This document shows, piece after piece, positions 28,592 to 39,294 of a stretch of 64,000 bases of DNA. The stretch is from Leptospira sp. (lineage in GTDB: Bacteria; Spirochaetota; Leptospiria; Leptospirales; Leptospiraceae). Below the pieces are notes generated by a model. It had not been told where the DNA came from. It made no database searches and worked only from the letters and a program-made list of their open reading frames with translations. Positions within the stretch are counted from its first letter, which is position 1. Each line of letters starts with the position of its first letter. The stretch covers positions 96,001 through 160,000 of the forward strand of contig JAWXAQ010000007.1 in the NCBI GenBank assembly GCA_034439575.1, read 5' to 3'. A program made the position numbers and the translations under genes.

Positions 28592-28996
28592 ATGAATCCT
28601 GTCAAGAATCAATCAACAAAGACGTTTATCATAATATCTTGTACTTTTGGCTTTTTAGCCGTGGCAATTGGTGCATTTGGTGCACATGGTTTAAAGGAAA
28701 TTATCGGCTTAGAAAGAATGCCAATTTTTGAAACTGGCAATAAATATCATTTTTATCATACCATTGTTAGTTTGTTTATTTTATTACTCAGTAAACAAAT
28801 CGGTTTCAATCAGTATCTTAAGTTTTCTTTTTGTGCAATGATCATAGGTATTTTTCTATTTTCATTCAGCTTATATGCACTTGCCATTACTGGTATAAAA
28901 ATTTTAGGAGCAATAACTCCTCTTGGTGGACTTTCTTTTCTTATAGGATGGGTATTACTCGGAATCGGGGCAAATCAGTCACGTTCCGAACCATAA
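28592..28996 (+). CDS. DUF423 (YgdD/TMEM256) membrane protein
   Basis: 'GAFGAHGL', 'Y.FYH', 'LFS.SLY', 'GAITPLGG'. Confidence 0.9.
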   Translation: MNPVKNQSTKTFIIISCTFGFLAVAIGAFGAHGLKEIIGLERMPIFETGNKYHFYHTIVSLFILLLSKQIGFNQYLKFSFCAMIIGIFLFSFSLYALAITGIKILGAITPLGGLSFLIGWVLLGIGANQSRSEP

Positions 28997-29304
28997 TAAA
29001 ACTGACCTTTTTTTACGATTAGATTTCTGGAAATTAAACCATCAGCTATCAACAATAATCCGTTAGACGCTGCATCCTTTTCTTCATCACTTACATCTTT
29101 TTGTAATGCCATAAGCTCATGAACAAATTTCCTACGTTTCATATCTAAAACACCTAACATAGAACCGCTGATTTTTTCATCCATTTTTAAAAATGCCAAA
29201 GCCAAAGTCTTTGGTGGAGTCTCGTTGCAAAGATAATACAAAGCTCTGTTATCAAAGTATGATAGTTGTCCAATACGTTCTAATGTTTGTTCTCCGCCTG
29301 ACAT
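28975..29304 (-). CDS. Stand-alone FliG C-terminal-like domain protein
   Basis: 'FDNRAL..L......LALAF....E' ARM-C-like pattern; only 109 aa. Confidence 0.6.
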   Translation of the reverse strand: MSGGEQTLERIGQLSYFDNRALYYLCNETPPKTLALAFLKMDEKISGSMLGVLDMKRRKFVHELMALQKDVSDEEKDAASNGLLLIADGLISRNLIVKKGQFYYGSERD

Positions 29305-29314
29305 GTGTTTATCC

Positions 29315-30823
29315 CTATATAACGTTTATTTCTGAAACTTTCTTTTTCAAATAAGAAATCAAATATTTTGAATTTGGAGTTTCCAAAGTAGCAGATTGAA
29401 TTAATTCATTGGCATCCAAGGATTTTCCTTTGGAATGAACTTCTTTTCGTAACCAATCGAGCAATTTACTAAAATTTCCATTCACTTTAAATTCTGCTTT
29501 GTAATTTGAATTTTCTTTTTCGAATGAAGAAAATAATTGAGCAGAGAAAATATTTCCAAGAGTATAAGTTGGAAAGTATCCGAAAGCACCCATCGACCAA
29601 TGGATATCTTGCAAAACTCCTTCGGCATCATTTTCCACATTTAATCCCAGGTATTCCTTTACTTTGGCATTCCAAATTTCCGGTAAATCTTTAACATTGA
29701 TTTTACCATTAATCAGTTCTCTTTCAATTTCAAATCTCAATATAATATGTAGATTGTAAGTAATTTGGTCAGCTTCGACACGAATTTTACTTTTTTGCGT
29801 AGAGTTAATGGATTGATACAATTGTTTAAAAGATAACTCTTGTTCCGTGAGTTCAAAATCTGAAAGTAAAATTGGATAAATAAATTCCCAAAATGATTGA
29901 GACCTGCCGACTTGATTTTCCCATAAACGGCTTTGTGATTCATGAACACCTAACGAACAAAATTCTGTGATTGGTGTTGGCCATTCTTCCATTTTTGAAA
30001 TCCCTGCTTCATAAAGGGAATGTCCTGTTTCATGCAGCACTCCAAAAATCGATGAAAGTGGATCTGTCTCCGAATAGCGAGTTGTTATGCGTTTATCAAA
30101 TTTTCCTAAACTTGTTGAAAATGGATGATGACTCACATCGAGTCGGCTTTCATCGGGATTAAGCCCCAATAATGCTGGAAGCCTTTTGCATAATTTTTCT
30201 TGTTTCGTTTGTGAAATAGGGTGTTTGAAAGGCGAAGGGAAGTAAGGTGCCGTTTCAACAATAGGTACCAATTCAGCTTTTAAAGATTCAAAAAGAATTG
30301 CGATATCTTCAGTTTTTGCTCCGCGTTCATATCCGTCTAACAGAGCATCATATGGCTCATTCTTGTATCCTAGATATTCGGCTTGTTTCTTTGATAGTGA
30401 GACAATTTTTTCAAGCATTGGGGCAAACTCTGCAAAAGATTGGTTCTTTCTTGCATCTGCCCAGGCACCGTGAGCAAGGTTTGTTGTTTGCGAAAATTCT
30501 GCCACAAACTCCGAAGGAATTTTTTCTGCCTTACTCAACTCTTCTTCTAATATAAAAAATTCTCGTTCCCATTTTACTTTTTCAGGCTGTGAGAATTGTA
30601 CCAATTCCTTCTTTGCCGCCTCAATTTTTTTCTTATATTCATCACTGACACTCCAATCGTGAGTCAGTTGAGTTATGTCGGCAATTTGAGAAGACCTGTA
30701 TTCTCTTCCCTCTTTCGGCATCATCACTTCTGAATCCCAATGTAAAACAGAAGCTATGTCTTGGAATGATTTGAGTTTTTTGTAATAAGATCTATACTCT
30801 TCTAAAGCTTTCGGAATCTGCAT
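29315..30823 (-). CDS. Carboxypeptidase M32 (Taq-type)
   Basis: 'LHWD', 'HPF', 'HETGHSLYE', 'HESQSR', 'IRVEAD', 'QDIHW', 'GYFPTY'. Confidence 0.93.
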   Translation of the reverse strand: MQIPKALEEYRSYYKKLKSFQDIASVLHWDSEVMMPKEGREYRSSQIADITQLTHDWSVSDEYKKKIEAAKKELVQFSQPEKVKWEREFFILEEELSKAEKIPSEFVAEFSQTTNLAHGAWADARKNQSFAEFAPMLEKIVSLSKKQAEYLGYKNEPYDALLDGYERGAKTEDIAILFESLKAELVPIVETAPYFPSPFKHPISQTKQEKLCKRLPALLGLNPDESRLDVSHHPFSTSLGKFDKRITTRYSETDPLSSIFGVLHETGHSLYEAGISKMEEWPTPITEFCSLGVHESQSRLWENQVGRSQSFWEFIYPILLSDFELTEQELSFKQLYQSINSTQKSKIRVEADQITYNLHIILRFEIERELINGKINVKDLPEIWNAKVKEYLGLNVENDAEGVLQDIHWSMGAFGYFPTYTLGNIFSAQLFSSFEKENSNYKAEFKVNGNFSKLLDWLRKEVHSKGKSLDANELIQSATLETPNSKYLISYLKKKVSEINVI

Positions 30824-30909
30824 TATCAACCATTCTAAAAATCGAACCAAATCTGGAATCAAAAATCATTGACCCTTATCCTTCGCAAAAAACTATGTAT
30901 ATACCAATT

Positions 30910-30980
30910 GCGGGTGTGGTGTAACGGTAGCACAGCAGCCTTCCAAGCTTCTGGCGAGGGTTCGAGTCCCTTCGCCCGCA
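30910..30980 (+). tRNA. tRNA-Gly(TCC)
   Basis: GCGGGTG...CGCCCGCA acceptor stem, anticodon loop CTTCCAA, T-arm GAGGG-TTCGAGT-CCCTT; CCA not encoded. Confidence 0.93.
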
Positions 30981-31165
30981 AAGATCCAGTCTTAATTCAA
31001 CAAAAACCAAACTCCCATTTAACAACAGAGCCACGAAGGCCGACGTCGAGGGAGTCAAGCCTCGGAGCTTAAATCGGCACGAGGCCGATTTGCGGAGAGG
31101 GCTTTGTCCCTTCGCCCGCAAAGATCCAGTCTTAGTTCATCAAAAACCAAACTCCCATTTAACAA
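30966..31165 (+). repeat. Direct repeat of the tRNA-Gly 3' end plus trailer (60 bp x2, 140-bp period)
   Basis: 30966-31025 vs 31106-31165, 58/60 identical; GC-rich hairpin-forming spacer between them. Confidence 0.9.
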
Positions 31166-31247
31166 GACTGAGAATTAAGGATGACATAGATTTTCAATCG
31201 ATGCAATATACAAAAATCATTTTAATATATGATCCTAAATTTGCCAA

Positions 31248-32012
31248 ATGAACCCGATTAAAAAAATCAAACTAGAGAAAGAAAACCTCAAACAAACAAT
31301 CGCTAAAAAAGAAAAAGTTGAAATCAATCAACGACGAAGGAAAGTTAATATTTATCGAAACTATTTAAAATTTTATTCTCGTATAACAAAAAGTAATTTT
31401 GGTACTTTTTTAAGTATGTTTTTCCGATTTTTGTCTTTCGATATTTGGATTCTAAATTATACGTTAACAAATCTTTTTTTAGTTTTCGCCTTACCGACAT
31501 TATACATCACTGTATTTTCAGTTCCAGTTTTATTGAAAAATCGAATTGTATTGTTTTTTATACTTTTTTTTCCACTCATCTTATTCTTTGAATCAATCCG
31601 TTTTTTAAAATTTTTATATCAACAGAAGAGAATATCTTTCGCTATAGACACATGGAAATCTTTATGGGAACATCCAAATATTTCCTATTTTCATTGGCAA
31701 AATATCTCTGTAGAATTGAAACTCATAAAAAACAAAGATGTAGTACAAGACTTATGTGAAACCTTTTGCCTTCGAGTGAATCAATTATTTTATAATACGG
31801 AAGATAAAGAAATTAGAATCAAATGGAATTATAAGGATGAGAAGCTTTCTGGATCCGCAAACGGAAGGATTTTACATTTATTATGGTATAAATTTATAAA
31901 ACCGTTAAATGAATTAAATCTATTTGATCAAACTATTGATCAAATAACATTTATTAAACTCAATGATCTAGGAGAAATTTCATCCAAACAAAATGATGGT
32001 TCATCTGATTGA
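31248..32012 (+). CDS. Hypothetical membrane protein
   Basis: Basic N-terminus, 2-3 hydrophobic segments, AT-rich. Confidence 0.55.
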   Translation: MNPIKKIKLEKENLKQTIAKKEKVEINQRRRKVNIYRNYLKFYSRITKSNFGTFLSMFFRFLSFDIWILNYTLTNLFLVFALPTLYITVFSVPVLLKNRIVLFFILFFPLILFFESIRFLKFLYQQKRISFAIDTWKSLWEHPNISYFHWQNISVELKLIKNKDVVQDLCETFCLRVNQLFYNTEDKEIRIKWNYKDEKLSGSANGRILHLLWYKFIKPLNELNLFDQTIDQITFIKLNDLGEISSKQNDGSSD

Positions 32013-32071
32013 AAATAAGTAATAAGCATATCAGTTCTCAAACTTGAAATATAAATTTTTTACTCAATTCT

Positions 32072-32353
32072 TTATCGCCGGCGATAATCTTCTAGATAAT
32101 TGACCTGGTTTCTTTTGTAACAATTGTATTTGCAATTTCTACGATAGGGAATATCAGTAAAATTTATATAAAATTCAGGGAAATTTTCATACCGAAAATA
32201 TCCATCTTTGAATGATTCAGAACATCTACGTAAGCCACATCGTTCTCCAACCATCTCATATGACCCATTTAGAACCGTTCGTTCCCTATTCGTAGAGATG
32301 CATTGGATTGAAAAAAGAATCTGGCAAAGAATGAAAATTTTTAGTAGAGACAT
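32072..32353 (-). CDS. Small Cys-containing putative lipoprotein
   Basis: 'ILFSIQC' lipobox-like; four further Cys. Confidence 0.45.
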   Translation of the reverse strand: MSLLKIFILCQILFSIQCISTNRERTVLNGSYEMVGERCGLRRCSESFKDGYFRYENFPEFYINFTDIPYRRNCKYNCYKRNQVNYLEDYRRR

Positions 32354-32429
32354 CGAACAATTGTTAGATAACGAATAATTATCTTACAATTATACTGAAA
32401 TTACATTCTACAGCAATAGGTGAAACCCA

Positions 32430-32831
32430 CTAAATGTGGATATCCACTAACACTCCTTCGATTTCTAAATCCAATGCCTTGATCGACAAAAGTATTTCCC
32501 AAAAAGACAAAAATAAAGAGCCTATCATAAGCACTAATGCAATTCCAAAAAAATAATAAGCAAGTATTGTGTGAAACATGATACTTCCTAGGGACGTGAT
32601 ACAAAAAATTAAACTCAATATTCCTAAGCTTTGTGTATGTTGAATTAAGGCAATGCGGTACCTAAGTGATTTAATTTGTTCCAAGATTACCGATTCTTTC
32701 GTTTCTTTGTATTTATCTAATAATTTCCTTAAAAGAGATGCTAATCCGAGAAAGCGATTAGTATAAGCTAACATAAGTAATGAGATTGCGGGAAATAATA
32801 GCCCTGGTGTACTGTAGCTGAGTGGTTCCAT
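32430..32831 (-). CDS. DUF2721 membrane protein
   Basis: 'TPGLLFPAISLLMLAYTNRF...L.R', 'SLFLS..EI..S..AL'. Confidence 0.85.
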   Translation of the reverse strand: MEPLSYSTPGLLFPAISLLMLAYTNRFLGLASLLRKLLDKYKETKESVILEQIKSLRYRIALIQHTQSLGILSLIFCITSLGSIMFHTILAYYFFGIALVLMIGSLFLSFWEILLSIKALDLEIEGVLVDIHI

Positions 32832-32921
32832 TTACATCATTCACTAACAGTCCAATTCTTAATAAAAGGATTTTTTTCTTGCATTGAAGATTTAATATAT
32901 AATCATTATCTTTGCTTCCCA

Positions 32922-34736
32922 ATGGATTTAGAAAATAGAATCACAGTCGACCTATGGGAAAAAATTTTTCAATTCAGCCCAATTGGTGTCACACTATCTT
33001 CTTTAGAAACAGGTAGATATTTAGAAGTTAACGATTTATTCCTCAAATGGATAGGGAAAGATTCCCTTTCAGTCATTGGAAAAACTCCATTAGAACTTAA
33101 TGTTTATGGAAATTTAAAAGACCGAGAAATTATCTTAGAAGGTTTGCGAACAGATGGTCAAATCACAAACCTTGAAGTAGAATTTAATTCCGAAGTTGGC
33201 AAACGAATCATTTTATTCAATGCACGCATTCTCGAAGAAGGTAAGTATCTTTTAGCAATTGGACAAGACATTGCTGATTTAAAATTGAAAGAGTCAAGCA
33301 ACTTAAAGTTGCAAGAAGAGCTCAGATTAAATAAAGAACTCTTTGAAAATATTTTTAGATTAAATCCTGCGGCTGTTAGTTTATCAGAAATGAGCACTGG
33401 AAAATATGATGATGTCAATGACGCCTATTGTCAATTAGTTGGTTATTCAAGAGAAGAAATTATTGGAAATACTTCACATAACCTAAATATCTGGATCACT
33501 AAATTTGATAGAGCATTATTGTTAGCTGAAGTTGTCAAAAAAGGCTGGATTACTGGGATGGAAGCAAGTCTTCGTAAAAAATCTGGGGAAATTCGTCACG
33601 TTGTCACGGGTAATGCAATTTTCCAAGTCGGAGGTTCTCCGAAACTACTTGCTATCTTAATAGATATCACTGATTCAAAAAATAATAAAGATGCTCTCGA
33701 AGTAGCAGTTGAAAAAAGAACCAAAGAATTAAACGAAACTCTTGAAAATTTAAAAAAAATGCAAGAACAATTAATTTCTTCAGAAAAAATGGCAGCCTTG
33801 GGACAGTTAGTTGCAGGTGTCGCACATGAGATTAATAATCCTATCGCTGCAATTTCTGCTTTAAGCCAATCCATACAGTCAAAGAATAAAAACTTTGGAC
33901 AAAGTTTATTAAAAATTCATAAAATACTAAATAGATATCCTGAAGAAAAATTAGACCAACTCATCCAAATCATAGATCAACTTCTAAATGCTAAACCAAT
34001 ATTATACAATTTTCAGGAAACCAGAAAGTTGAAAAAAGAATTAGATCAATTATTTTCCAATCATAACTTCAAAAATTCTTTTCACTGGGCAGATCAAACA
34101 GTGGATTTGGGATTAGTGCAAATCGTTTCAAAACACTTACCGTTTTTTGATGGAAATGAAGATGAAGATATTTTAAAAATAGTTTTTGATGAAATACAAA
34201 GTTACAGAAATCAAGATCTTATTCGCCAAGCAGTAGAAAGAACATCAAAAATCGTATATAGTCTGCAAAATTATACTCACTTAGATCAATCCAATAAAAA
34301 GGTAGACACAGATATTATCGAAACCATTGAAACTGTTCTTACATTATACCAAAGCAAACTTCGAATGGGTGTAGAATGCAAATTGGAATATAGTTCTAAA
34401 CCTATCATTCAAGCTTATCCTGATGAATTAATTCAAGTATGGACAAACCTAATCTATAACAGTTTGCAGGCGATGAATTTTAAAGGATTTATATTAATTT
34501 CTGTTTTATCTGATAATGAATCGGTTTCTGTTTCAATAATAGATTCAGGCACAGGCATTCCCGAATCTATTATGGATAAAATCTTTGATCCATTTTTCAC
34601 TACCAAAGCTTATGGTGAAGGATCTGGATTAGGATTAGGGATAGTTAGGCGTTGTGTAGTAGATAAACACCAAGGCAAAATAGATGTTACGTCTGTTCCA
34701 GGCAGGACTGAATTTAAAGTAACATTACCGATATAA
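32922..34736 (+). CDS. Cytoplasmic PAS-PAS sensor histidine kinase (NtrB-like)
   Basis: Two PAS repeats; H-box 'AGVAHEINNP'; 'QVWTNLIYN', 'DSGTGI', 'FFTTK..GEGSGLGL'. Confidence 0.92.
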   Translation: MDLENRITVDLWEKIFQFSPIGVTLSSLETGRYLEVNDLFLKWIGKDSLSVIGKTPLELNVYGNLKDREIILEGLRTDGQITNLEVEFNSEVGKRIILFNARILEEGKYLLAIGQDIADLKLKESSNLKLQEELRLNKELFENIFRLNPAAVSLSEMSTGKYDDVNDAYCQLVGYSREEIIGNTSHNLNIWITKFDRALLLAEVVKKGWITGMEASLRKKSGEIRHVVTGNAIFQVGGSPKLLAILIDITDSKNNKDALEVAVEKRTKELNETLENLKKMQEQLISSEKMAALGQLVAGVAHEINNPIAAISALSQSIQSKNKNFGQSLLKIHKILNRYPEEKLDQLIQIIDQLLNAKPILYNFQETRKLKKELDQLFSNHNFKNSFHWADQTVDLGLVQIVSKHLPFFDGNEDEDILKIVFDEIQSYRNQDLIRQAVERTSKIVYSLQNYTHLDQSNKKVDTDIIETIETVLTLYQSKLRMGVECKLEYSSKPIIQAYPDELIQVWTNLIYNSLQAMNFKGFILISVLSDNESVSVSIIDSGTGIPESIMDKIFDPFFTTKAYGEGSGLGLGIVRRCVVDKHQGKIDVTSVPGRTEFKVTLPI

Positions 34737-34831
34737 TCAAAATGAATATTACTTAAAATTTACTATCACCTTCGGCATTGTCTTTGTTGTTTGCGCTAGA
34801 ACATTGATTCGATTTTATCTTAATATATTTG

Positions 34832-35260
34832 TTAAATTTTCCCATACGTTGATTCTAAGAATTGAATGGTTGCCTTTATCATTTTTTTTAACGCGGCCTG
34901 ATTGATATCAGAAAGTTTATTGATATAGATACAGGCTTTTCCCAATTTAAATTTTCCAAGATCCTTTAACAAGTATTCGTGTTCTTTTTTACCTGTGTAA
35001 ACATACAATGATATGGCGGCCTTTCGAGGTGAAAAACCTACCAATGGCCAATCTCCTTCTTGTTTGCTTCGATCCGATTTATAATGATATTTTCCAAATC
35101 CTATAATCGTTGGTCCCCACATCTTTGCTTTGTGACCTGTGGATTTTTCCATTAGTTGGAGAATCTCCAAGCTATCTTTTCGTTTCTGATCAGTATTAGC
35201 GAAGGAATCTATAAACTTTAGTACATCTTCATTTGTTTGTTTAGTTTTGATATCTGCCAT
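34832..35260 (-). CDS. DUF1801 domain protein
   Basis: 'KMWGPTIIGFGKYHY', 'GFSPRK..ISLY', 'LGKFK.GK.CIYI'. Confidence 0.88.
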   Translation of the reverse strand: MADIKTKQTNEDVLKFIDSFANTDQKRKDSLEILQLMEKSTGHKAKMWGPTIIGFGKYHYKSDRSKQEGDWPLVGFSPRKAAISLYVYTGKKEHEYLLKDLGKFKLGKACIYINKLSDINQAALKKMIKATIQFLESTYGKI

Positions 35261-35450
35261 AAATTTTTACCTTACTAGTAAGTTTTTCTTTAGATAAATG
35301 TTCTGTTTAGATTTTATTGGAGTCAATAAAATATATGATTTTGAAAGGAACTTATCTAACATGTTGTATATGTTGGCTTTTTCCAATTTTTGATTGATCT
35401 AGATATAAATTTATTGATAATATTATCATTCTAATTTGAATACATTCTAT

Positions 35451-37211
35451 ATGGGAAAAAAAATATTTAAAATATTTCACCAAATTATGGTTATAGCATC
35501 TTTTTCCTGTATCCAATATTGCTATTTTAATCCTTTCTGGTCTGAAGTATTGAAGGTCGAGCCCAATGGTGGTCTCCCAAATTATTTACTTTTTCTTTCT
35601 CCCGTTCAAAACAATCAGAGCAATGAATCCAACGCTAACACTGTTACATCTGCCCCTCAGTCTATACGATTTTCAAAACCTCAAATAAAATTGATTCCGG
35701 GTGTCTCAATTAATTATGTTCCTTCAGTTGAGGGAAAAGTTGATTCTTGGAGTTTAAGTCCGACTCTCCCTACGGGACTAGATTTCAGTTCAACTAACGG
35801 AGCAATTTCAGGCACGCCAGATTCCTCTTATCTGACCACGGGTTATCCATTAACAACTTTCACAATAACGGCAACAAACTCACTTGGATCTACTCCTGCT
35901 ACATTTGAATTACAGGTTTTAGCTACTGGTGAAAAAGTATGGACAGTCATCAACGGAGTTAGTGGGGGAAATACGGAAGCCGGTACAAATAGTATGAAAT
36001 TTGATGCATCTTGCAATTGTTTGTATATTGCCGGACAAACAACTGTAAACCTAGATGGACAGACTATACCCAGCACTGGTGGAAATGCATCTGGTTATCT
36101 GAGTAAGTATGATTTAGATGGGAATCGAATTTGGACGAGATTATTTGGGGTTACTGGGGCCTCTGGATCAGGAGTAACTGGACTCGTAACTGATGCTTCT
36201 GGCAATATATTTATCAGTGGATTTATGGGCACAGGTAACTTCCAAGGTTGCAATGTAACAAATACTTATTCTGGTTTTATTTTAAAATACAATTCCGAAG
36301 GTACTTTCCAGTGGACAACTTGTACTGACCCCGCTGTTAGACATTATTATAGTGGTGTTGTAATAGACAGTGCTGGTGATGTCGTCGGTGGCGGAACTAC
36401 ATATGACCAACCTATCAGCGGTATGACGCATTCCAGTGGCTCAGACCAAGCAGCAATCATACAAAAATTCAATCCCAACACTGGTGCAAGAATCTCGGGA
36501 ATCGCAATACCGGGAAATTCTGCCAGAGGAACAGATGGAGAAGGTATATCTATAGATACAACTGGTAAAATATATATGGCTGTCGCCACGAGATCAGGCT
36601 CCTATTGTGGAGATGGATCTCTCAATTGGAGGCCAGCTCTTTTTCGATTTGATTCCAGCATGAATTACTTGGGATGTACTTTTATACCAACTGGTGCCTA
36701 TACATCATTTGCTTTTGGAGTCACAACTACACCAGCTGGAGAATCTTATCTTTCAGGATACGCAAATACAGCAGCCACTTTTGACTCAATTCCTGCTATC
36801 GGGACCACAGATGGGTTTGTGACTAAATTTAACAGTGCCGGAACAAAGGTTTGGACAAGACGATTTGGTGTTACAGGCGGGTTTACATCCATTCTTTCTG
36901 TCGAATATGAATCCACTCTAGACACACTTTATTTTACAGGAATTACCGGTGGAAATATTCAAGGGAATGTGATCAGCGGAACGAAAGATATGTTCATCGC
37001 AAAGTATGATACCTCAGGAAATCAAATTTGGCTAAGAATTCAAGGGTTACAAAATGATACAGCTGGAGCTAGTTTATCTGATAGAACATCAATTGCATTT
37101 GATACGAGCATGACTATGTATTCATTTAGCAATACTAATGGCACTGTAAGCGGGGTCACAAATCCTGCCTCACCAAACAGATCTTTATTTTTAGTTCGCA
37201 ACGTTCGATAA
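35451..37211 (+). CDS. Surface protein with putative Ig (He_PIG-like) domain and SBBP beta-propeller repeats
   Basis: 'CYFNP' after signal; 'LPTGLDFSSTNGAISGTP...FTITATN'; repeats 'KYDLDGNRIWTR', 'KYNSEG..QW', 'KFNSAGTKVWTR', 'KYDTSGNQIW'. Confidence 0.82.
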   Translation: MGKKIFKIFHQIMVIASFSCIQYCYFNPFWSEVLKVEPNGGLPNYLLFLSPVQNNQSNESNANTVTSAPQSIRFSKPQIKLIPGVSINYVPSVEGKVDSWSLSPTLPTGLDFSSTNGAISGTPDSSYLTTGYPLTTFTITATNSLGSTPATFELQVLATGEKVWTVINGVSGGNTEAGTNSMKFDASCNCLYIAGQTTVNLDGQTIPSTGGNASGYLSKYDLDGNRIWTRLFGVTGASGSGVTGLVTDASGNIFISGFMGTGNFQGCNVTNTYSGFILKYNSEGTFQWTTCTDPAVRHYYSGVVIDSAGDVVGGGTTYDQPISGMTHSSGSDQAAIIQKFNPNTGARISGIAIPGNSARGTDGEGISIDTTGKIYMAVATRSGSYCGDGSLNWRPALFRFDSSMNYLGCTFIPTGAYTSFAFGVTTTPAGESYLSGYANTAATFDSIPAIGTTDGFVTKFNSAGTKVWTRRFGVTGGFTSILSVEYESTLDTLYFTGITGGNIQGNVISGTKDMFIAKYDTSGNQIWLRIQGLQNDTAGASLSDRTSIAFDTSMTMYSFSNTNGTVSGVTNPASPNRSLFLVRNVR

Positions 37212-37429
37212 TTTATTATCTCCGATTAAGAATTAGTTTTGAAACCGACGTCTCATTTGAGTTTTTATTTACATGTAAAAATCAAATCTCGAGAGAGAAC
37301 ATTTTACTTAAATAATTCACTATAACTGATGTTCTACTTGAAATTTTTTTTATTAATAAATAATTGAGTAACTTATTAATGGATAAAATCAAATTCTCAT
37401 ACTTGGCAAAAAAAAAGTTATTTTAATAG

Positions 37430-38640
37430 GCAGGAACATAATTAAAAAATTTCATTTCGTATATTTCTGATTATTTTCATTTTTATATTTAACACATGTT
37501 TGCTTAATCCAATGATAAATAATCTTTTCTAGCCCGATAAAAATAAATCAAATTTCAATGTATTTGCCATTTTTTTAATTAGTTCTTTAAATTAATTCTT
37601 CTAATTCAGCCACACCCACTCATCGTTTAACTTTTACTTCATCTTCGTTCGTTTTTATTAAAGGAGGATCTATTGATACTCATACTCCAAATTCGCCAGA
37701 CACTCTAACTGGATGTACATCAAATCCTAGTTTACCAGCAGGGCTAACGATTAATTATTCATCATGTGAAAATAGTCGCACCCGTACAACGATTCAATTT
37801 GCGACAGATTATATAATTAGAGGATTAAACTCATATAGATTTAATTCAACGTCCAACAGAACAGCTAATACATATATCAATTGTTTAACTCAAGTTGAAT
37901 CTTAAGGCTAAGGTCCTTATTCAATTCAAATTCGTTACTATGAAGTTGTGCTGATCACACTTAGAACAAATTTTCGAAGTCCGTATTCGTGTGCTTTTGT
38001 CAATAAGCAATACAAAGTTTCCTGCTTCAGGTTCTTTCACAAATATAATGGATGGCTCGACTCGCATGTCTGTCAAATATTCGGCAACAACTTCAGTTTT
38101 GGAATGGCAATGGTTTTCTTTAGGAAGTATGGTCGGCATCACCGGAACAAATGAAAGTTATCGATTACCCCTTGTGACCACCGAAGACTTATTATTTAAT
38201 TCTGAGTTGCACCTTTCATATTCGAAATATGATAATTCATTAAAATTAATTGGTTTTTAAACACCATCAACCGGGAATTATAGCAAAACATGCATTATTT
38301 CAAATTTAACTGAGATTACATTTTATTATGTGACATCAATGGTAATTAACATTAATATTTCTTATTATCATAAATATCTAATATGTTTTACATCAAACAA
38401 TGCTCATGGTTTTACGGCAGGAGATGTCGGATGTATCTATGGCCTAAACTTAAATGGCTCTGCTCCGATTGCTGAAACAATTTCAGATAAAGATTCAAGA
38501 ATTTTAAGGAGACCATTTAGTATAGTAAAAATAGATAACATACCCGCAGGTACAATTCCAATCACGATTCTGTAACAATACAAAGCATCAACAAACTGCC
38601 ATGTCGATAATGCAGTTATTACAGTCATTCCACTTGAGTG
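37430..38640 (+). pseudogene. Decayed paralog of an Ig-domain surface lipoprotein
   Basis: Broken signal region (..IFNTCLLNPM..). Start-less frame 37591-37905 encodes 'LTFTSSSFVFIKGGSI...TGCTSNPSLPAGLTINYSSCE...TIQFATDYII' (He_PIG-like). Further fragments at 37991-38260 and 38330-38575 are separated by stops or frameshifts. Boundaries approximate. Confidence 0.65.
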
Positions 38641-38719
38641 AAAGTCGGGAAAAGATTAAATATAATTGTACTCAGTCGCGATTTTAATTTCGAAAATTCC
38701 TTAAATTTCTCTGATAATT

Positions 38720-39160
38720 TCAGCTATCCCAAGAATAATAATTGTGATCATTATCCAATTCAAATCCAACTTTAGGATATAACTGATTTCCAATTTTATT
38801 TTTCTTTGCTGTTTCGAGAATCAGTCCACAGGCATCTGTGTCCAAACAAAGTGACTTAGCTTTTTCAATCAATTGGATGGATATTCCTTTTCCTCTATAT
38901 TTTTCTGAAACAAATAAATCATTTAAAAGCCAAAGTCGTCTCATGCGAGTGGAGGAAAAAAGTGGATATAATTGAACAAAACCATTCATAACCGAATCTT
39001 CATTTTCACTGATATAAATCACTGATTCATTTTTTGTGATTCTATCAGTCAAAAAAACTTTCGCCTGTTCTATATCAGAAGGTTTTTCATAAAATACTCG
39101 GTAGGCGTTAAAAAGTAAGGATAAATTTTCTATATCGGATAATTTTACAGCACGAATCAT
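38720..39160 (-). CDS. GNAT-family N-acetyltransferase
   Basis: 'GFVQLYP.FSS', 'LNDLFV...RGKG', 'LET...N....LY..GF'. Confidence 0.92.
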   Translation of the reverse strand: MIRAVKLSDIENLSLLFNAYRVFYEKPSDIEQAKVFLTDRITKNESVIYISENEDSVMNGFVQLYPLFSSTRMRRLWLLNDLFVSEKYRGKGISIQLIEKAKSLCLDTDACGLILETAKKNKIGNQLYPKVGFELDNDHNYYSWDS

Positions 39161-39294
39161 AATTGCAATATTTAATATGCTAATTGATTTGAATATATAT
39201 TTTATTAATACGCGAGGATTTTTATAAATTCAGTTTTTATATGCTATGCGATAATACGCACCCAAAATTAAATTTATACAAAATTTCCCATAAC

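Noticed and set aside
30869-31121. ORFs 30869-31072 (+) and 30876-31121 (-)
   Set aside because: They overlap tRNA-Gly and its repeat; shadow translations.
30966-31165. Possible CRISPR array
   Set aside because: Only two 60-bp units, derived from the tRNA 3' end, with an 80-bp spacer and no cas genes.
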